Shown here in pieces: positions 20,570-30,536 of a stretch of 64,000 nt of DNA; the stretch's first letter is position 1; each line of letters begins with the position of its first letter. Under the pieces are notes generated by a model, which was not told where the DNA came from, ran no database searches, and was given only the letters and a program-made list of their open reading frames with translations. Location of the stretch: NCBI GenBank assembly GCA_963719515.1, contig CAVRCJ010000017.1, positions 88,455-152,454 of the forward strand. The letters run 5' to 3'. The translations under genes and the position numbers were made by a program. The DNA comes from an uncultured cyanobacterium (GTDB lineage Bacteria; Cyanobacteriota; Cyanobacteriia; CAKZMO01).

Positions 20570-22648
20570 ATGGCCTACGAACCGCTTCACCACAAATATC
20601 GTCCCCAGACCTTTGCCCAACTCGTGGGGCAAGAGGCGATCGCCGCTACCCTGACGAGCGCCCTGCGACAGTCGCGCATCGCCCCGGCCTACCTATTTTG
20701 CGGGCCGCGCGGCACCGGCAAAACCTCCAGCGCCCGCATCTTGTCCAAGTCTCTCAACTGCGTCAGCGGCGAGCAGCCTACCCCTGACCCCTGCGGCACC
20801 TGCGACATCTGTACCTCGATTGTGAAAGGAGCAGCCCTAGACGTTATCGAAATTGACGCTGCCAGCAACACGGGCGTCGACAACATTCGCGAACTGATCG
20901 AGCGGGCCCAGTTTGCCCCGGTGCAGTGTCGCTACAAGGTGTACATCATTGACGAGGTTCACATGCTGAGCACGGCGGCGTTTAATGCGCTGCTAAAAAC
21001 CTTAGAAGAGCCCCCCGACCGGGTGGTGTTTGTGCTCGCGACCACTGACCCCCAGCGGGTGCTGCCCACCATCATCTCCCGCTGCCAGCGATTTGACTTT
21101 CGCCGCATTCCGTTGGGCAGCATGGTAGCCCACCTGCAGACGATTGCTCAGCGGGAAAGCATTGCCATTGAGCCGGAGGCGATCGCCTTAGTGGCGCAGA
21201 TTTCCCAAGGGGGACTGCGGGACGCGGAAAGTCTGCTGGACCAGCTCAGCCTCAATGACGGCAGCATTACCGCTGAGACAGTATGGGAGCTGGTAGGGGC
21301 GGTGCCCGAACGGGAGCTGCTAATCCTAGCGGGGGCGATCGCCGACGATGACGGGGTGGCCGTGCTGGACCGGGCGCGTCACCTGATGGATCGAGGCCGC
21401 GAGCCGCTGATCGTGCTGCAAAACCTAGCCAGCTTTTTTCGAGATCTGCTAGTGGCCAAGACGGCCCCGGCCCGGCGAGACCTAGTGGCGGTGACGGACG
21501 AAACCTGGCAAGGCATGACCGCTTTGGTGCGGACCCTGCCCCTCACCGGTATTCTCCACGCCCAGCAGCGGCTGCGGGAAAGCGAGGTGCAGGTAAAATC
21601 GACCAGCCAGCCGCGACTGTGGCTGGAGATAACGCTATTGGGGCTGCTGCCGTCTAGTTTGGCGCTGGGGGCGGCAGCAGGTGACGAGGCCGCACCGACT
21701 GCCATAGAGCCTATCGCGCACAAGGTACCGCCGGTCAGTAGTACGCCGCAGGCTGGCGCTCCACAGGCCGGGCCGCAGGCTAGTAGTACGCCACAGGCTA
21801 TACCACAGCCCAGCACGCCACAGCCCGACGTGGCCTTAGCCGGGACGCCCCGTCCGCCTGCTCCCGCGCCGCCAGCCCGCGCCGCTGAGGCTCCGAGAGA
21901 TTTCCCTGAAGAAGCTGCCGCCTCTCAGCCAGTCCCACTAGCCGCATCACTGCCCGATAGCGGTCCGGCCCAGCCCACAGACAGTCCGGCCAATCAGCCT
22001 GCGGTCCAAGCTACGCACTCGGCAGCACCCGCAGTCCCCACAGTAGACCTAGCGCAAACCTGGAAAGACGTTCTTCAGCACCTGCGGCCCCCAGGGATTC
22101 AGGCGCTGCTGCAACAGCATGGACGCCTGCTGCGGTTTGAGGGGGGTGCGGCGCGGGTGGGGATTGTCTCCTCGCCGCTGATGAAAATAGCGGAACAGCG
22201 GGCCAAAAACGTCGAGCTCGCGTTCGAGAAAGCGCTCAATGCTCAGGTTAACGTCACCTTTCAGGTCACGGGACAGACTGCGGAGACTCCCGCACAGCCT
22301 GTCAGCGCCTCTGCGAAGGTTTCTGTGCCTAGTCCCCCTCCCGCCCCGCGGCTGCCAGCACCCGCTCCGCCGCCTGACTCAAGCGCGCCGCCACTACCGC
22401 CCGAGTCGACCTTCAACAACCCCGGTGCTCTCCCGGTAGCGGCAGCGCCTGAGCCTCCCCCATTGCCGCCTCTAGACGAAGACAGCGCGCTGCAGGCGGC
22501 CAAAAGCTTTGCCAGCATGTTTAATGGCCAGATCGTCGAGTGGACCGAGGAGCTCGACTTCTTGCCGACTCCAGATAGTGCCAACGCCAGCGCGGCCCCT
22601 CCCCTCAGTGGAGAACGGGGCGAGCCAGATATTGACGTGCCGTTCTAG
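20570..22648 (+). CDS. dnaX: DNA polymerase III subunit gamma/tau
   Basis: HKYRPQTF, GPRGTGKTS, zinc-binding Cys cluster, EIDAASN, IIDEVHML, SRCQRF; Pro/Ala-rich linker; no intein seen. Confidence 0.97.
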   Translation: MAYEPLHHKYRPQTFAQLVGQEAIAATLTSALRQSRIAPAYLFCGPRGTGKTSSARILSKSLNCVSGEQPTPDPCGTCDICTSIVKGAALDVIEIDAASNTGVDNIRELIERAQFAPVQCRYKVYIIDEVHMLSTAAFNALLKTLEEPPDRVVFVLATTDPQRVLPTIISRCQRFDFRRIPLGSMVAHLQTIAQRESIAIEPEAIALVAQISQGGLRDAESLLDQLSLNDGSITAETVWELVGAVPERELLILAGAIADDDGVAVLDRARHLMDRGREPLIVLQNLASFFRDLLVAKTAPARRDLVAVTDETWQGMTALVRTLPLTGILHAQQRLRESEVQVKSTSQPRLWLEITLLGLLPSSLALGAAAGDEAAPTAIEPIAHKVPPVSSTPQAGAPQAGPQASSTPQAIPQPSTPQPDVALAGTPRPPAPAPPARAAEAPRDFPEEAAASQPVPLAASLPDSGPAQPTDSPANQPAVQATHSAAPAVPTVDLAQTWKDVLQHLRPPGIQALLQQHGRLLRFEGGAARVGIVSSPLMKIAEQRAKNVELAFEKALNAQVNVTFQVTGQTAETPAQPVSASAKVSVPSPPPAPRLPAPAPPPDSSAPPLPPESTFNNPGALPVAAAPEPPPLPPLDEDSALQAAKSFASMFNGQIVEWTEELDFLPTPDSANASAAPPLSGERGEPDIDVPF

Positions 22649-22710
22649 GGACAATGCTCTCAATCTCAAACGTCTTGCATACCCCTAACCGTCTTGCTTC
22701 TAAGCTGCCC

Positions 22711-24348
22711 CTACTGCATTTGCTGGACCGCAGCCCTAAGCCCTCTACTAGCTAGCTGCTGCTGCATTTGATTAGCGTTCTCTACCCGCTGGTACGCCCC
22801 CGCCTGCATCACCGCTCTGCCATTAACGCGGGTAATAAATGCCCCCGGCGCGATCGCCTGCACGACTGCCTGAGCCTGGGCGCTATCGGCCTCAACAACA
22901 ACTCGATAGCGAGGGGTAAGCCGAGCGCCCCCTACAGAGGCAGCAGAAATCCTGGAGAGTCCCCCCACATAGCCGACTGGAACCTGAGCTGTGGGGACGG
23001 CCAGCAGATCGTCGCTCGGCTGGCGGCGGGGCGGTGGGCTATTGGGGCGCTGGGGCAGGGCGGCTTGTAGTGGATTTGGCTGCGGTGCCGGGGAAGAAAG
23101 CGCAGCAGCCGGGCTAGGAGATTGGGACAGCCCAGCGATCGGATTGAAGCCGGGACGAGCGGGCGGGTTTTGAGCGCGGGTCGGAGCGATAGGCGGGAGC
23201 GCCACCGGAAGGGCGATCGCCTCACCAGGCGTCTCGTCGCGGAGGGCTTCGTTGGAGGTTGTCGCGGCGGCTGGTACTAGGGTCTGAGGATGCTGGCCTG
23301 CCGATGTTGCGATCGCGCTAGGCACCGCCGCAACCACCCCGCTAAAATCGACGCGACCAGAGGTGCGGGCCACCGGCGACCCCGTTAAAAACTCGTTGCC
23401 TGCCGCCGCGATGATCTGATTTGAGGCCTGGGCATTGATGTCATACCGACCATTGCCGCTAAACTGATTGCCCCCCGGCTGGCCTTGAAGGCCTAAGTCG
23501 GGCTGCGCCTGCGCGATAGTCACAACCCCGTCCTCACGGTTACTCAAAATACGGTTTCCCCGCAGCTGCGGACGGGCCTGGGCTTGAATGAGCACTCCAG
23601 AGCGGTTGCCGCGAATATGGTTCTCCCGCAGCTGCGGAGCCGCCTGCTCACTAATGGTCAAGCCGTAGCCCGTCTCTTCAATGCGGTTGGTTTGAATGAT
23701 TGGGGCTGCCGTGCCGCCTATTGAAAGGCCGCTACCTCGATTTTGATAAAAGCGATTGTGGCGCACCGTGGGACGACTATCGCCCCCGATGGCAACGCCG
23801 TGCTGGCTGCCCCAAAACAGACAGCTGGTCACGGTAGGGGCACCCTGCTCAATCCACAGGCCATGACCCCGGTCGTTCGACAAGGTCAGACCGCTGATTA
23901 CCGCGCTTCCGGAGGCGATCGCCGCTGCATTTTGCCGTCCGGCTGTGGCACTCATAAAAGTGCCGCCACCCTGAATGATGACGCCGTCGCCGTAGTCGTC
24001 GGGGCTACCCTGCAGCGTTACCCCATCTAGGATCTGGAGCGGAAACTGCTCGCCGCCGTCGCGGCTGTAGCGTCCCGGAGCGAGCACAATTGTGGTGCCG
24101 GGGGAGGCTAGTAGCAGCGCCTGGGTGATAGTCTGCAGCGGCGCGTCTTCGGCTCCGGTGGCGCGATCGCTCCCCTGAAGCGGATGGACAAACAGTCGGG
24201 TGATCTCAGTAGGACTGATTTCGGCCTGGGCAATCGCGTAGGGTTTGGACATTGCGGGTGCAGACGCCGATGCGAGGGTCAAAGCTCCACCTTGAAGCAC
24301 AACTGCCGCAAACGTAAGGCCGAACCGTAGCCAAGACACTCGTCCCAT
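22711..24348 (-). CDS. Secreted DUF1565/right-handed beta-helix protein with a C-terminal SPOR-like domain
   Basis: Signal peptide, PLQTITQAL...PGRYS...EQFPL, parallel beta-helix repeats, C-terminal MQAGAY..ENA. Confidence 0.75.
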   Translation of the reverse strand: MGRVSWLRFGLTFAAVVLQGGALTLASASAPAMSKPYAIAQAEISPTEITRLFVHPLQGSDRATGAEDAPLQTITQALLLASPGTTIVLAPGRYSRDGGEQFPLQILDGVTLQGSPDDYGDGVIIQGGGTFMSATAGRQNAAAIASGSAVISGLTLSNDRGHGLWIEQGAPTVTSCLFWGSQHGVAIGGDSRPTVRHNRFYQNRGSGLSIGGTAAPIIQTNRIEETGYGLTISEQAAPQLRENHIRGNRSGVLIQAQARPQLRGNRILSNREDGVVTIAQAQPDLGLQGQPGGNQFSGNGRYDINAQASNQIIAAAGNEFLTGSPVARTSGRVDFSGVVAAVPSAIATSAGQHPQTLVPAAATTSNEALRDETPGEAIALPVALPPIAPTRAQNPPARPGFNPIAGLSQSPSPAAALSSPAPQPNPLQAALPQRPNSPPPRRQPSDDLLAVPTAQVPVGYVGGLSRISAASVGGARLTPRYRVVVEADSAQAQAVVQAIAPGAFITRVNGRAVMQAGAYQRVENANQMQQQLASRGLRAAVQQMQ

Positions 24349-24523
24349 AGAATCCCCGCATCAAAGCGATTTTCGGGGATTGTCTCACACCTTTTCCGTG
24401 AGGGGAACGAATTATTCTGAAGATTAGTTGCGTTATGTGAACTAGGCCGTGTTGACGTTGGTGCTGGAGAGGGTCACGCCTCCCTGACACAATGCATCCA
24501 AACCGGTGAACTGACCGTATAAG

Positions 24524-24551
24524 TTGTGAGCGCTGATATCAGCGCTCACAA
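24524..24551. repeat. Perfect 28-bp palindrome
   Basis: TTGTGAGCGCTGATATCAGCGCTCACAA equals its own reverse complement. Confidence 0.95.
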
Positions 24552-24592
24552 AGTAACATTCACCATTCCATTGAAGAAGTTCCTATGCGCAG

Positions 24593-24808
24593 CCTCACAT
24601 TCATCAAGGTGACCCTGTTGAGAATGGCCCTTTTCAGTACGCTCTTGACGTCACTCTAGATGACACAGGTCGGGGTGGCAGTGCAGCCGGAGAATACAGT
24701 CTCACGCCTGAGCAGATTCAGGCGTGAGCTGACGGACGCCTTTATGTAGACATCCATACTACCCAGAACCGTGGTGGTGAGTTGCGGGCGATCTTGATGC
24801 CCTACTAG
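24593..24808 (+). pseudogene. CHRD-domain gene remnant (5' truncated, internal stop)
   Basis: Manual translation PHIHQGDPVENGPFQYAL...LTPEQIQA*ADGRLYVDIHTTQNRGGELRAILMPY* has the CHRD HIH / LYVxxHT / GELR motifs; TGA at 24725-24727. Confidence 0.8.
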
Positions 24809-24907
24809 GCCCTGTTAGCGGTTTTATGCGATCTACTGATGCCGTTAATAGAGATAAGGGCGGCGGGTAGCGGGGAATCCTGATGCTGTTGAGCTAGGAC
24901 GCTTGCT

Positions 24908-25168
24908 ATGACTCATGCTACTGCAGATGTCGCACAGACCCCGAGACGCTGGTATCACCGCAACTGGCTGATTGTGGCGCTGTTGGTGGGGCTACCAATT
25001 GTTGGTGTACCGCTGACCTGGACAGCCCGCTGGTCTCTCTGGGGCAGGGCGACGGGAACCGTGCTAGGAAGCCTGTGGCTGCTGACGCTGATCCAGGTGA
25101 CGGCGGCGGAGACGGCAAGGCTGAGCTGTCCTGGAATGGGATGCGATGTGGTAGCGCTGAGTGAGTAG
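24908..25168 (+). CDS. Small hypothetical membrane protein
   Basis: 86-aa ORF, RWYHRNWLIVALLV..P..G with two hydrophobic segments. Confidence 0.55.
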   Translation: MTHATADVAQTPRRWYHRNWLIVALLVGLPIVGVPLTWTARWSLWGRATGTVLGSLWLLTLIQVTAAETARLSCPGMGCDVVALSE

Positions 25169-25555
25169 CCGCAGATTGTGGCCCTGCATTGGCGTGGAAG
25201 GAGATGACGAACTGCTGCAGTGAGCGGCCCCTTTGAGGCGACGTTAAGCCTGGCCTCTGCTGGCGGAAACGGTGCCTTGAATGAGCAGGGCAACCCTGAA
25301 ACCCAATACAGCACGGGATAGGCCCAGAGCAGTTGCCCCAATCATCAAGGCGCTGATGTAGTCACTGGTGATTTGGAGGTGGGTTAGTCCATAGAGTAGC
25401 GGCAATAGGGCGGTGGAAAGCAGGACCGACAGCGCCTCGAACCTGATTATCTTTTTGCAGTTATTCTGCACGAAAGTACTGCCGTGGCGTGACCTAAACC
25501 GACAGGCGATCGCCACTGGCAGTTTACCGATGTCCCTTAAACTTTAGCTACTAGA

Positions 25556-25939
25556 CAGGAAGCCCCGCGCTCTACCCGTCAGGGTGTGCGTCGGGATGAG
25601 AGTCGCGCTAGCCGAAGTGCGCCCGCAAAATGATGCACAGCCGATAGTGCGCTCAGCGCTGAGGCTAGCAGTTGGTATGATAGAGATAGCAAGGTGATAC
25701 ACCCCGCAAAGAGCGTGACGGGCCCGTAGGCGAAAGCTGCAAGTCACCCGTTCCTCAGTTTGCAAATGTATCTGCGACACATAGTGCGTATCCTCCCTCG
25801 CGGAGATGAAAATTCAAAACTCTGCCGTGGGGCATCAGGCGGAGTATAAACCTATCTCAGGATATGTCTCGGCAATAGCTGGGAGTCACTGAGGAAGCCC
25901 GCGCTGTACAGCTTGCTGTCAGCGTCGGGAGGATGTCAC
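25556..25939 (+). mobile_element. Non-autonomous IS200/IS605-like element (no tnpA/tnpB ORF)
   Basis: Two directly oriented imperfect hairpins GGAAGCCC(C)GCGCT...GCGTCGGGA at 25558-25596 and 25893-25930; the second is followed by GGATGTCAC, resembling IS605-family right ends. Confidence 0.65.
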
Positions 25940-25968
25940 TAGTCAGCCTATGGCCTGAAGGGCTCAGT

Positions 25969-26190
25969 TCATCTTTCGCCGGTCGAGGTAGCTGACTGGC
26001 CTAGCTCAGGCAGCAGGGTGAGGCCTTCTGGCGGGATGGCCAGGAGCTTGGTCCAGAGCAGCTGCTCTGAGTAGTTGATGATGTGGAGCATATGGATGGT
26101 TTCGCGGACGCCTGCGGGGGAGCCGATGACGATGTGGCAGACGCGCTCTGAACCGGGATTGGGGTTGGGGATATCGGTACGAGAATTCAG
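25969..26190 (-). pseudogene. Small cyanobacterial hypothetical protein lacking a canonical start (frame not in the ORF track)
   Basis: Manual translation ERVCHIVIGSPAGVRETIHMLHIINYSEQLLWTKLLAIPPEG resembles a recurrent H(I/L)xIGSP..V..TIH.LH family I recall from filamentous cyanobacteria. Confidence 0.4.
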
Positions 26191-26327
26191 GATATTTGGG
26201 GACGGATGGCAAGAGGGGCTTTATGCAAAGGCTGCTTTGTGACTTCTTTCCGTTGGCTGGGAAGCCTAGCGATTGCAGACCTACAAACAAACCTGGGTCA
26301 GCGATTGAACTATTGATATGATTAGAT

Positions 26328-26606
26328 ATGACATTTGAGTGGGACCCCTCAAAGGCATCCACCAACATAGAGAAGCATGGCATCAGCTTTAAAGAGGCTA
26401 AAACCGTATTTGCCAATCCCCTAGCTGCTATCTTCGATGACGAAGCGTATTCTGAAGGCGAGTTTCGAGAGATTATCATTGGACATTCTCGCCAAAATCG
26501 CTTACTTCTAGTTGTTTTCGTGGAGCGATCGCAAAGTATCCGCATCATTAGTGCCCGCCCGGCCACCCGTAAGGAGCGTAATGAATATGAGCGAAATGCC
26601 TTCTGA
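26328..26606 (+). CDS. BrnT family ribonuclease toxin
   Basis: FEWDPSKASTNIEKHGISFKEAKTVF, LLLVVFVER, IRIISARPATRKERNEY. Confidence 0.92.
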   Translation: MTFEWDPSKASTNIEKHGISFKEAKTVFANPLAAIFDDEAYSEGEFREIIIGHSRQNRLLLVVFVERSQSIRIISARPATRKERNEYERNAF

Positions 26607-26820
26607 CAATTCCCAATATTCCGAAGACGACATGCTAGACGAGTACAATTTCGATTATAAAAAGGCAAAGCCCAATCGATTTGCTGCTCATAGCGACGCG
26701 GAGAGGTTGACCGTTGTAGTTTTGGATGAAGATGTCTCTCAGGTTTTTACAACCTCTGAGGCAGTCAACAAAGTACTGCGATCGCTCATTGAAGCTATGC
26801 CGCAGGGCGCCCGCAAATAA
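26587..26820 (+). CDS. Putative antitoxin (BrnA-like) of the BrnT toxin
   Basis: Overlaps the toxin 3' end; DDMLDEYNFDYKKAKPNRFA, VVLDEDVSQVF..SEAVNKVLRSLI. Confidence 0.8.
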   Translation: MSEMPSDNSQYSEDDMLDEYNFDYKKAKPNRFAAHSDAERLTVVVLDEDVSQVFTTSEAVNKVLRSLIEAMPQGARK

Positions 26821-26843
26821 GCTATCGGCGGGCTAGGAAGCGG

Positions 26844-29800
26844 TTACGGCCACTGTTTGCAGACTTCTCGCATTGCTGCGAGGCACTTGGGCAAGGTTTC
26901 CTCGCCGCCTAAATGGGTCAGCGCCGGATGGAGTTTTGGAACGTTGTCGATCAGGCTGTCACGCTTTTGGTAAGCGAACGCTTCTAGAATGTCGAGGAAT
27001 TGCTCAAAGCTGGGGACGAATTCATTGGGTCGATGGAGCAGACCTTGCCACACGTTGGCGCAGTAGTATTTATTTTTGAACGCGCTGATTGAATCTAAGA
27101 CCTCAGGGAGCAGGCTAACGGGCAAATGCTTAGCCAGTTCTCCTAATGCCTTAGACCGTTCCGATTCATCTTGAAGTGCTTGGGCGATCTCCAGCGCCTC
27201 TGGCAATAGCTCGGGGGGTAGCTGCTTTGCCAACTCCCTCAGCGCCCTGGAGCGGTAGTACTCATATTGAATCTGCCGAGTGACCTCCAGCGCCTCAGGC
27301 AACAGCTCGGGTGGTAGGTGCTTTGCCAACTCGCTCAGCGCCCTGGAGCGGTCGGACTCATCTTGAATCTGCCGAGTGACCTCCAGCGCCTCAGGCAACA
27401 GCTCGGGTAGTTGCTTTGCCAACGTCACTCAGCGCACTGGAGCGGGAGAACTCATCTTGAATCTGCCGAGTGACCTCCAGCGCCTCAGGCAACAGCTCGG
27501 GTAGTTGCTTTGCCAACTCCCTCAACGCCCAGGAGCGGTCGGACTCATCTTGAATCTGCCGAGCGGCCTCCAGCGCCTCAGGCAACAGCTCGGGTAGCTG
27601 CTTTGCCAACGCACTTAGCGCCCTGGAGCGGTCGGACTCATCTTGAATCTGCCGAGTGACCTCCAGCGCCTCAGGCAACAGCTCGGGTGGTAGGTGCTTT
27701 GCCAACTCGCTCAGCGCCCTGGAGCGGTTGGACTCATCTTGAATCTGCCGAGCAATGTCCAGCGCCTTAGGCAACAGCTGGGGGGTAGCTGCTTTGCCAA
27801 CTCACTCAGCGACAGGGCGGTCGGTCTCGATTGAATCTGCCGAGTGACCTCCAGCGCCTCAGGCAACAGCTCGGGTAGCTGCTTTGCCAACTCACTCAGC
27901 GCCCTGGAGCGGTCGGACTCATCTTGAATCTGCTGAGCAATGCCCAGCGCCTTTGGCAGAAATTCTGCAGGCAGCTTGTCCACCAATTCAGTCAGCGCAT
28001 AGGCTCTGTAAGAAAATCCAGAGGTACTACTGTCTATGATCTGCCAAAGCGGTCCTGAATCTGACTCACGCGCCTCTAGCACCTCCGGCCAAAGCTGTGG
28101 AAACCGCTCCGCCAGCTTGCTCAGCACAAACGACCGATAGGGCATATCCGTAATCCATCCCACCGTCTTCAGCACCTCCGGCAGCAGCCCCTCTGGGATG
28201 TAGGGCACCAGCACCGCCACACATTCCGCCCGCCGCCAGGGGTCCTGCATCTGCTGCGCGTAGGCCAGCCCCTGCGCCGGTTGCCAAATCCCCACCTTCA
28301 CCAGCGCCCCCACCAGCGCCGCAGGCACATTGCTCGCCAAGCTGTTGATCGAGGTGCGAATCAGCGCATAGCGAAACAGCCGCGCCAGCGCCGTGCTGTT
28401 GTCCTGGCGGGGGTCCTGGTCCTGCTCATACTCCTCTACCGCCAGCCGCCAGCCCCGCCCCACGTCGTTCACAAACCCCGCCGGTTTCCCCAGCGCGTCG
28501 CAGGCCTCATACCAGCCGTTGCGCCCCGCGTCACTGCTCGCCGCCAGCAGCTGGTACACCTCATCCGGTTGCCGGGCCTGCTCCATGTGCCAGGTCAGCT
28601 GAGCAAAAATGTAGCCGTCGTCCGGCAGCGTATGCCACTGCCCCCCCTGCGTCTTGGCCCGGTAGCGCGCCAGCAGCTGGCCGTGCGCCGCCGCCTTCGT
28701 CAGCCCCAGCCCCGATAGGTCTCCCGCCTGCTCCGGCTTGGGTGGGTCCGTCAGCAGCCGCTGCGCCAGGTCGTGCATTAGGTCGTGCAGCCGGTAGCTG
28801 CGCTTGTTGCCCTGCTTCGTCCCCGGCAGCAGCAGCGCCTTACCGCTAAACTGCCGCAGAATTGCCCCCGCCTGCCGCGCGGTCACCTGCCACAGCGTGG
28901 TCGCCATCTCCTGGGTCAGGGTCACATCCTCCGGCACCACCCCCAGCCAGGCAAAGTAGCGCAGTTGCTCTAGCGAGAGCTGCTTCAGGCTCAGGTTGAA
29001 GCAGGCCAGCAGGCTATACTTGCGCCGCTTGGCGTCGTCGGGGATGTCCTCTTTGCCATACAGGTCCAGCGTCTCCAGCCGCCCCCGCTCCGCGCCAAAG
29101 TCTTCTAGCAGCTCCTCCCAGGTCACCCCTTCTTCAATTTGCGTTGCCGCCAGCTCTAGGGCCAGGGGCAAGTGGCCCACCTGCCGGGCAAAGTCCAGGG
29201 CCTGCTGGGTTTCCGCTTCGCTCAGCGGCTCCGGCAGCTTTTGGGTAATCAGCTCTAGCGCCTGCTCCGGGCTCATCTCGTCCAGCGGGTAGCGATAGGC
29301 ATCCGCAACCATCACCTCTCGCGTCGTCACCAGCACGCAGCACTGCGACCCCCCAACCCGAAACGGCTCCAGATGTCCCGGCTTCCAGATGTCATCCACC
29401 ACCAGCAGCACCTTCTTGTCGTACAGCAAGGTGCGCAGATGGGCCGAGGCCGGTTCTACGGCGGTGGGTTTATAGTCGTGGTCCCCCAACGCCTGAATCC
29501 AGCCGCTCAGCAGCGGCAGCAGGTCTGGGTTTTGACCCAGCGTCGCCCACAAAACTCCGTCGGAGAAGCGGGCTTGAACTTCCTTGTCGTGGGCCAGCTT
29601 TGAGGCCAGCACCGATTTACCGATGCCCCCCAGCCCGTGGATAGCGCTGACTACCAGGGTGCCAAAAACTTTGGGGTCTTCTGAGAGCAGCCGCGCTTTG
29701 ACGGCCTGCTGGTGGCTGGGCCGTTCCACAAAGTGCTCTGGCAGCGGCGGCAGCTGCAGCGGGATGTCCCAGCGCTGGCGAGGCGGGGCGGCAGGGAGTG

Positions 29801-30536
29801 GTTCGGGTCTGACAGTACCGCCAAACGTTAGCAGTATTGGGGTTCCCTTGCTCTCGCAGAGGCTCCGCTGAGTTTGCCCTTTCATGGCCTGCTCTAGATG
29901 AGCAGTCAGAGAAGCAGTAGTCACCTCCCCGGTCTCAGTATTGTTTGGGTCAAGCCCATCCAATATCGCCTTAGTCAGTACGCCGTAGGGCGACATCAAA
30001 TCATTGTAGGATGCCTCAAAATCCCGGGATGAGGTGAGAAAGTGGCGAGCATGGCCCTTTCGACCTGCTGACGTCAGTCCATCAAAGTTGAGAAAACTGC
30101 CGCTGTTGCAGCAGTCCAGCCAAACAACCTGTTCCGGCACGTTGCTGCGCTCCAACACTCCGCGCAGCCACATAAAATCAACCCCCCAATCTTCATGTGG
30201 TTTAGCATCGCCGGAGGCAAGGTAGCCACACTTATTGCTAGTCCACCCATGGCCAGAGAAGTACAGCAGCGCCGTGGTTGGAGCTTGAGTCTCAGTGTCG
30301 GGCTCAAAGAGATGGGCGATCGCATCCATCAGTTGCTTTCGCTTGACGATGCGATCTGTCCCAACCTGGCCTGCTTTACCCGTGGGTACTTCAGGCAGCC
30401 GGGTCACATTAAAACCGCCGTAATTCTCAAGAATTTGAGCGATCGCCTCTGCATCTCTAGCTGACGACGGCAAATCATCTAGCCCACTGTTCTGGCGATA
30501 GCGGTTGATTCCGACAACTAAAGCATCCCGACCCAT
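26844..30536 (-). CDS. NLR/APAF1-like STAND protein: caspase (C14) + NB-ARC + helical domain + 31/32-aa repeats; split into three ORFs by frameshifts in the repeats
   Basis: ALVVGIN, YFSGHG and LDCCNSG (His/Cys dyad); GLGGIGKS Walker A; LLVVDDIW Walker B; VLVTTRE; GHLPLAL; LHDLMHD; LPDDGY..LTWH; ORFs 27711-30542, 27391-27774 and 26844-27428 share the same repeat. Confidence 0.88.
27100..27960 (-). repeat. Nine coding tandem repeats of 93/96 nt within the NLR-like gene
   Basis: Unit EALEVTRQIQDESDRSRALSELAK(Q/H)LP(P)ELLP; equivalent positions at 27281, 27377, 27471, 27564, 27657, 27753, 27845 and 27938. Confidence 0.95.

Noticed and set aside
20570..22648. Intein or frameshift-derived gamma subunit in dnaX
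   Set aside because: The ORF is continuous with no intein motifs; the extra length is a Pro/Ala-rich linker
25244..25516. 90-aa hydrophobic minus-strand ORF
   Set aside because: No recognisable family and the start is uncertain; cannot be distinguished from a chance ORF or remnant
26006..26668. 220-aa minus-strand ORF
   Set aside because: Antisense to the clearly recognisable BrnT toxin gene and has no protein-like features
27391..27850. Programmed frameshifting or phase variation in the NLR repeats
   Set aside because: No consistent slippery site, and the window has many indels in housekeeping genes, so sequencing error is more parsimonious
27100..27960. Regular repeats that might be a CRISPR array
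   Set aside because: Units are contiguous 93/96-nt in-frame coding repeats without unique spacers, and no cas genes are present
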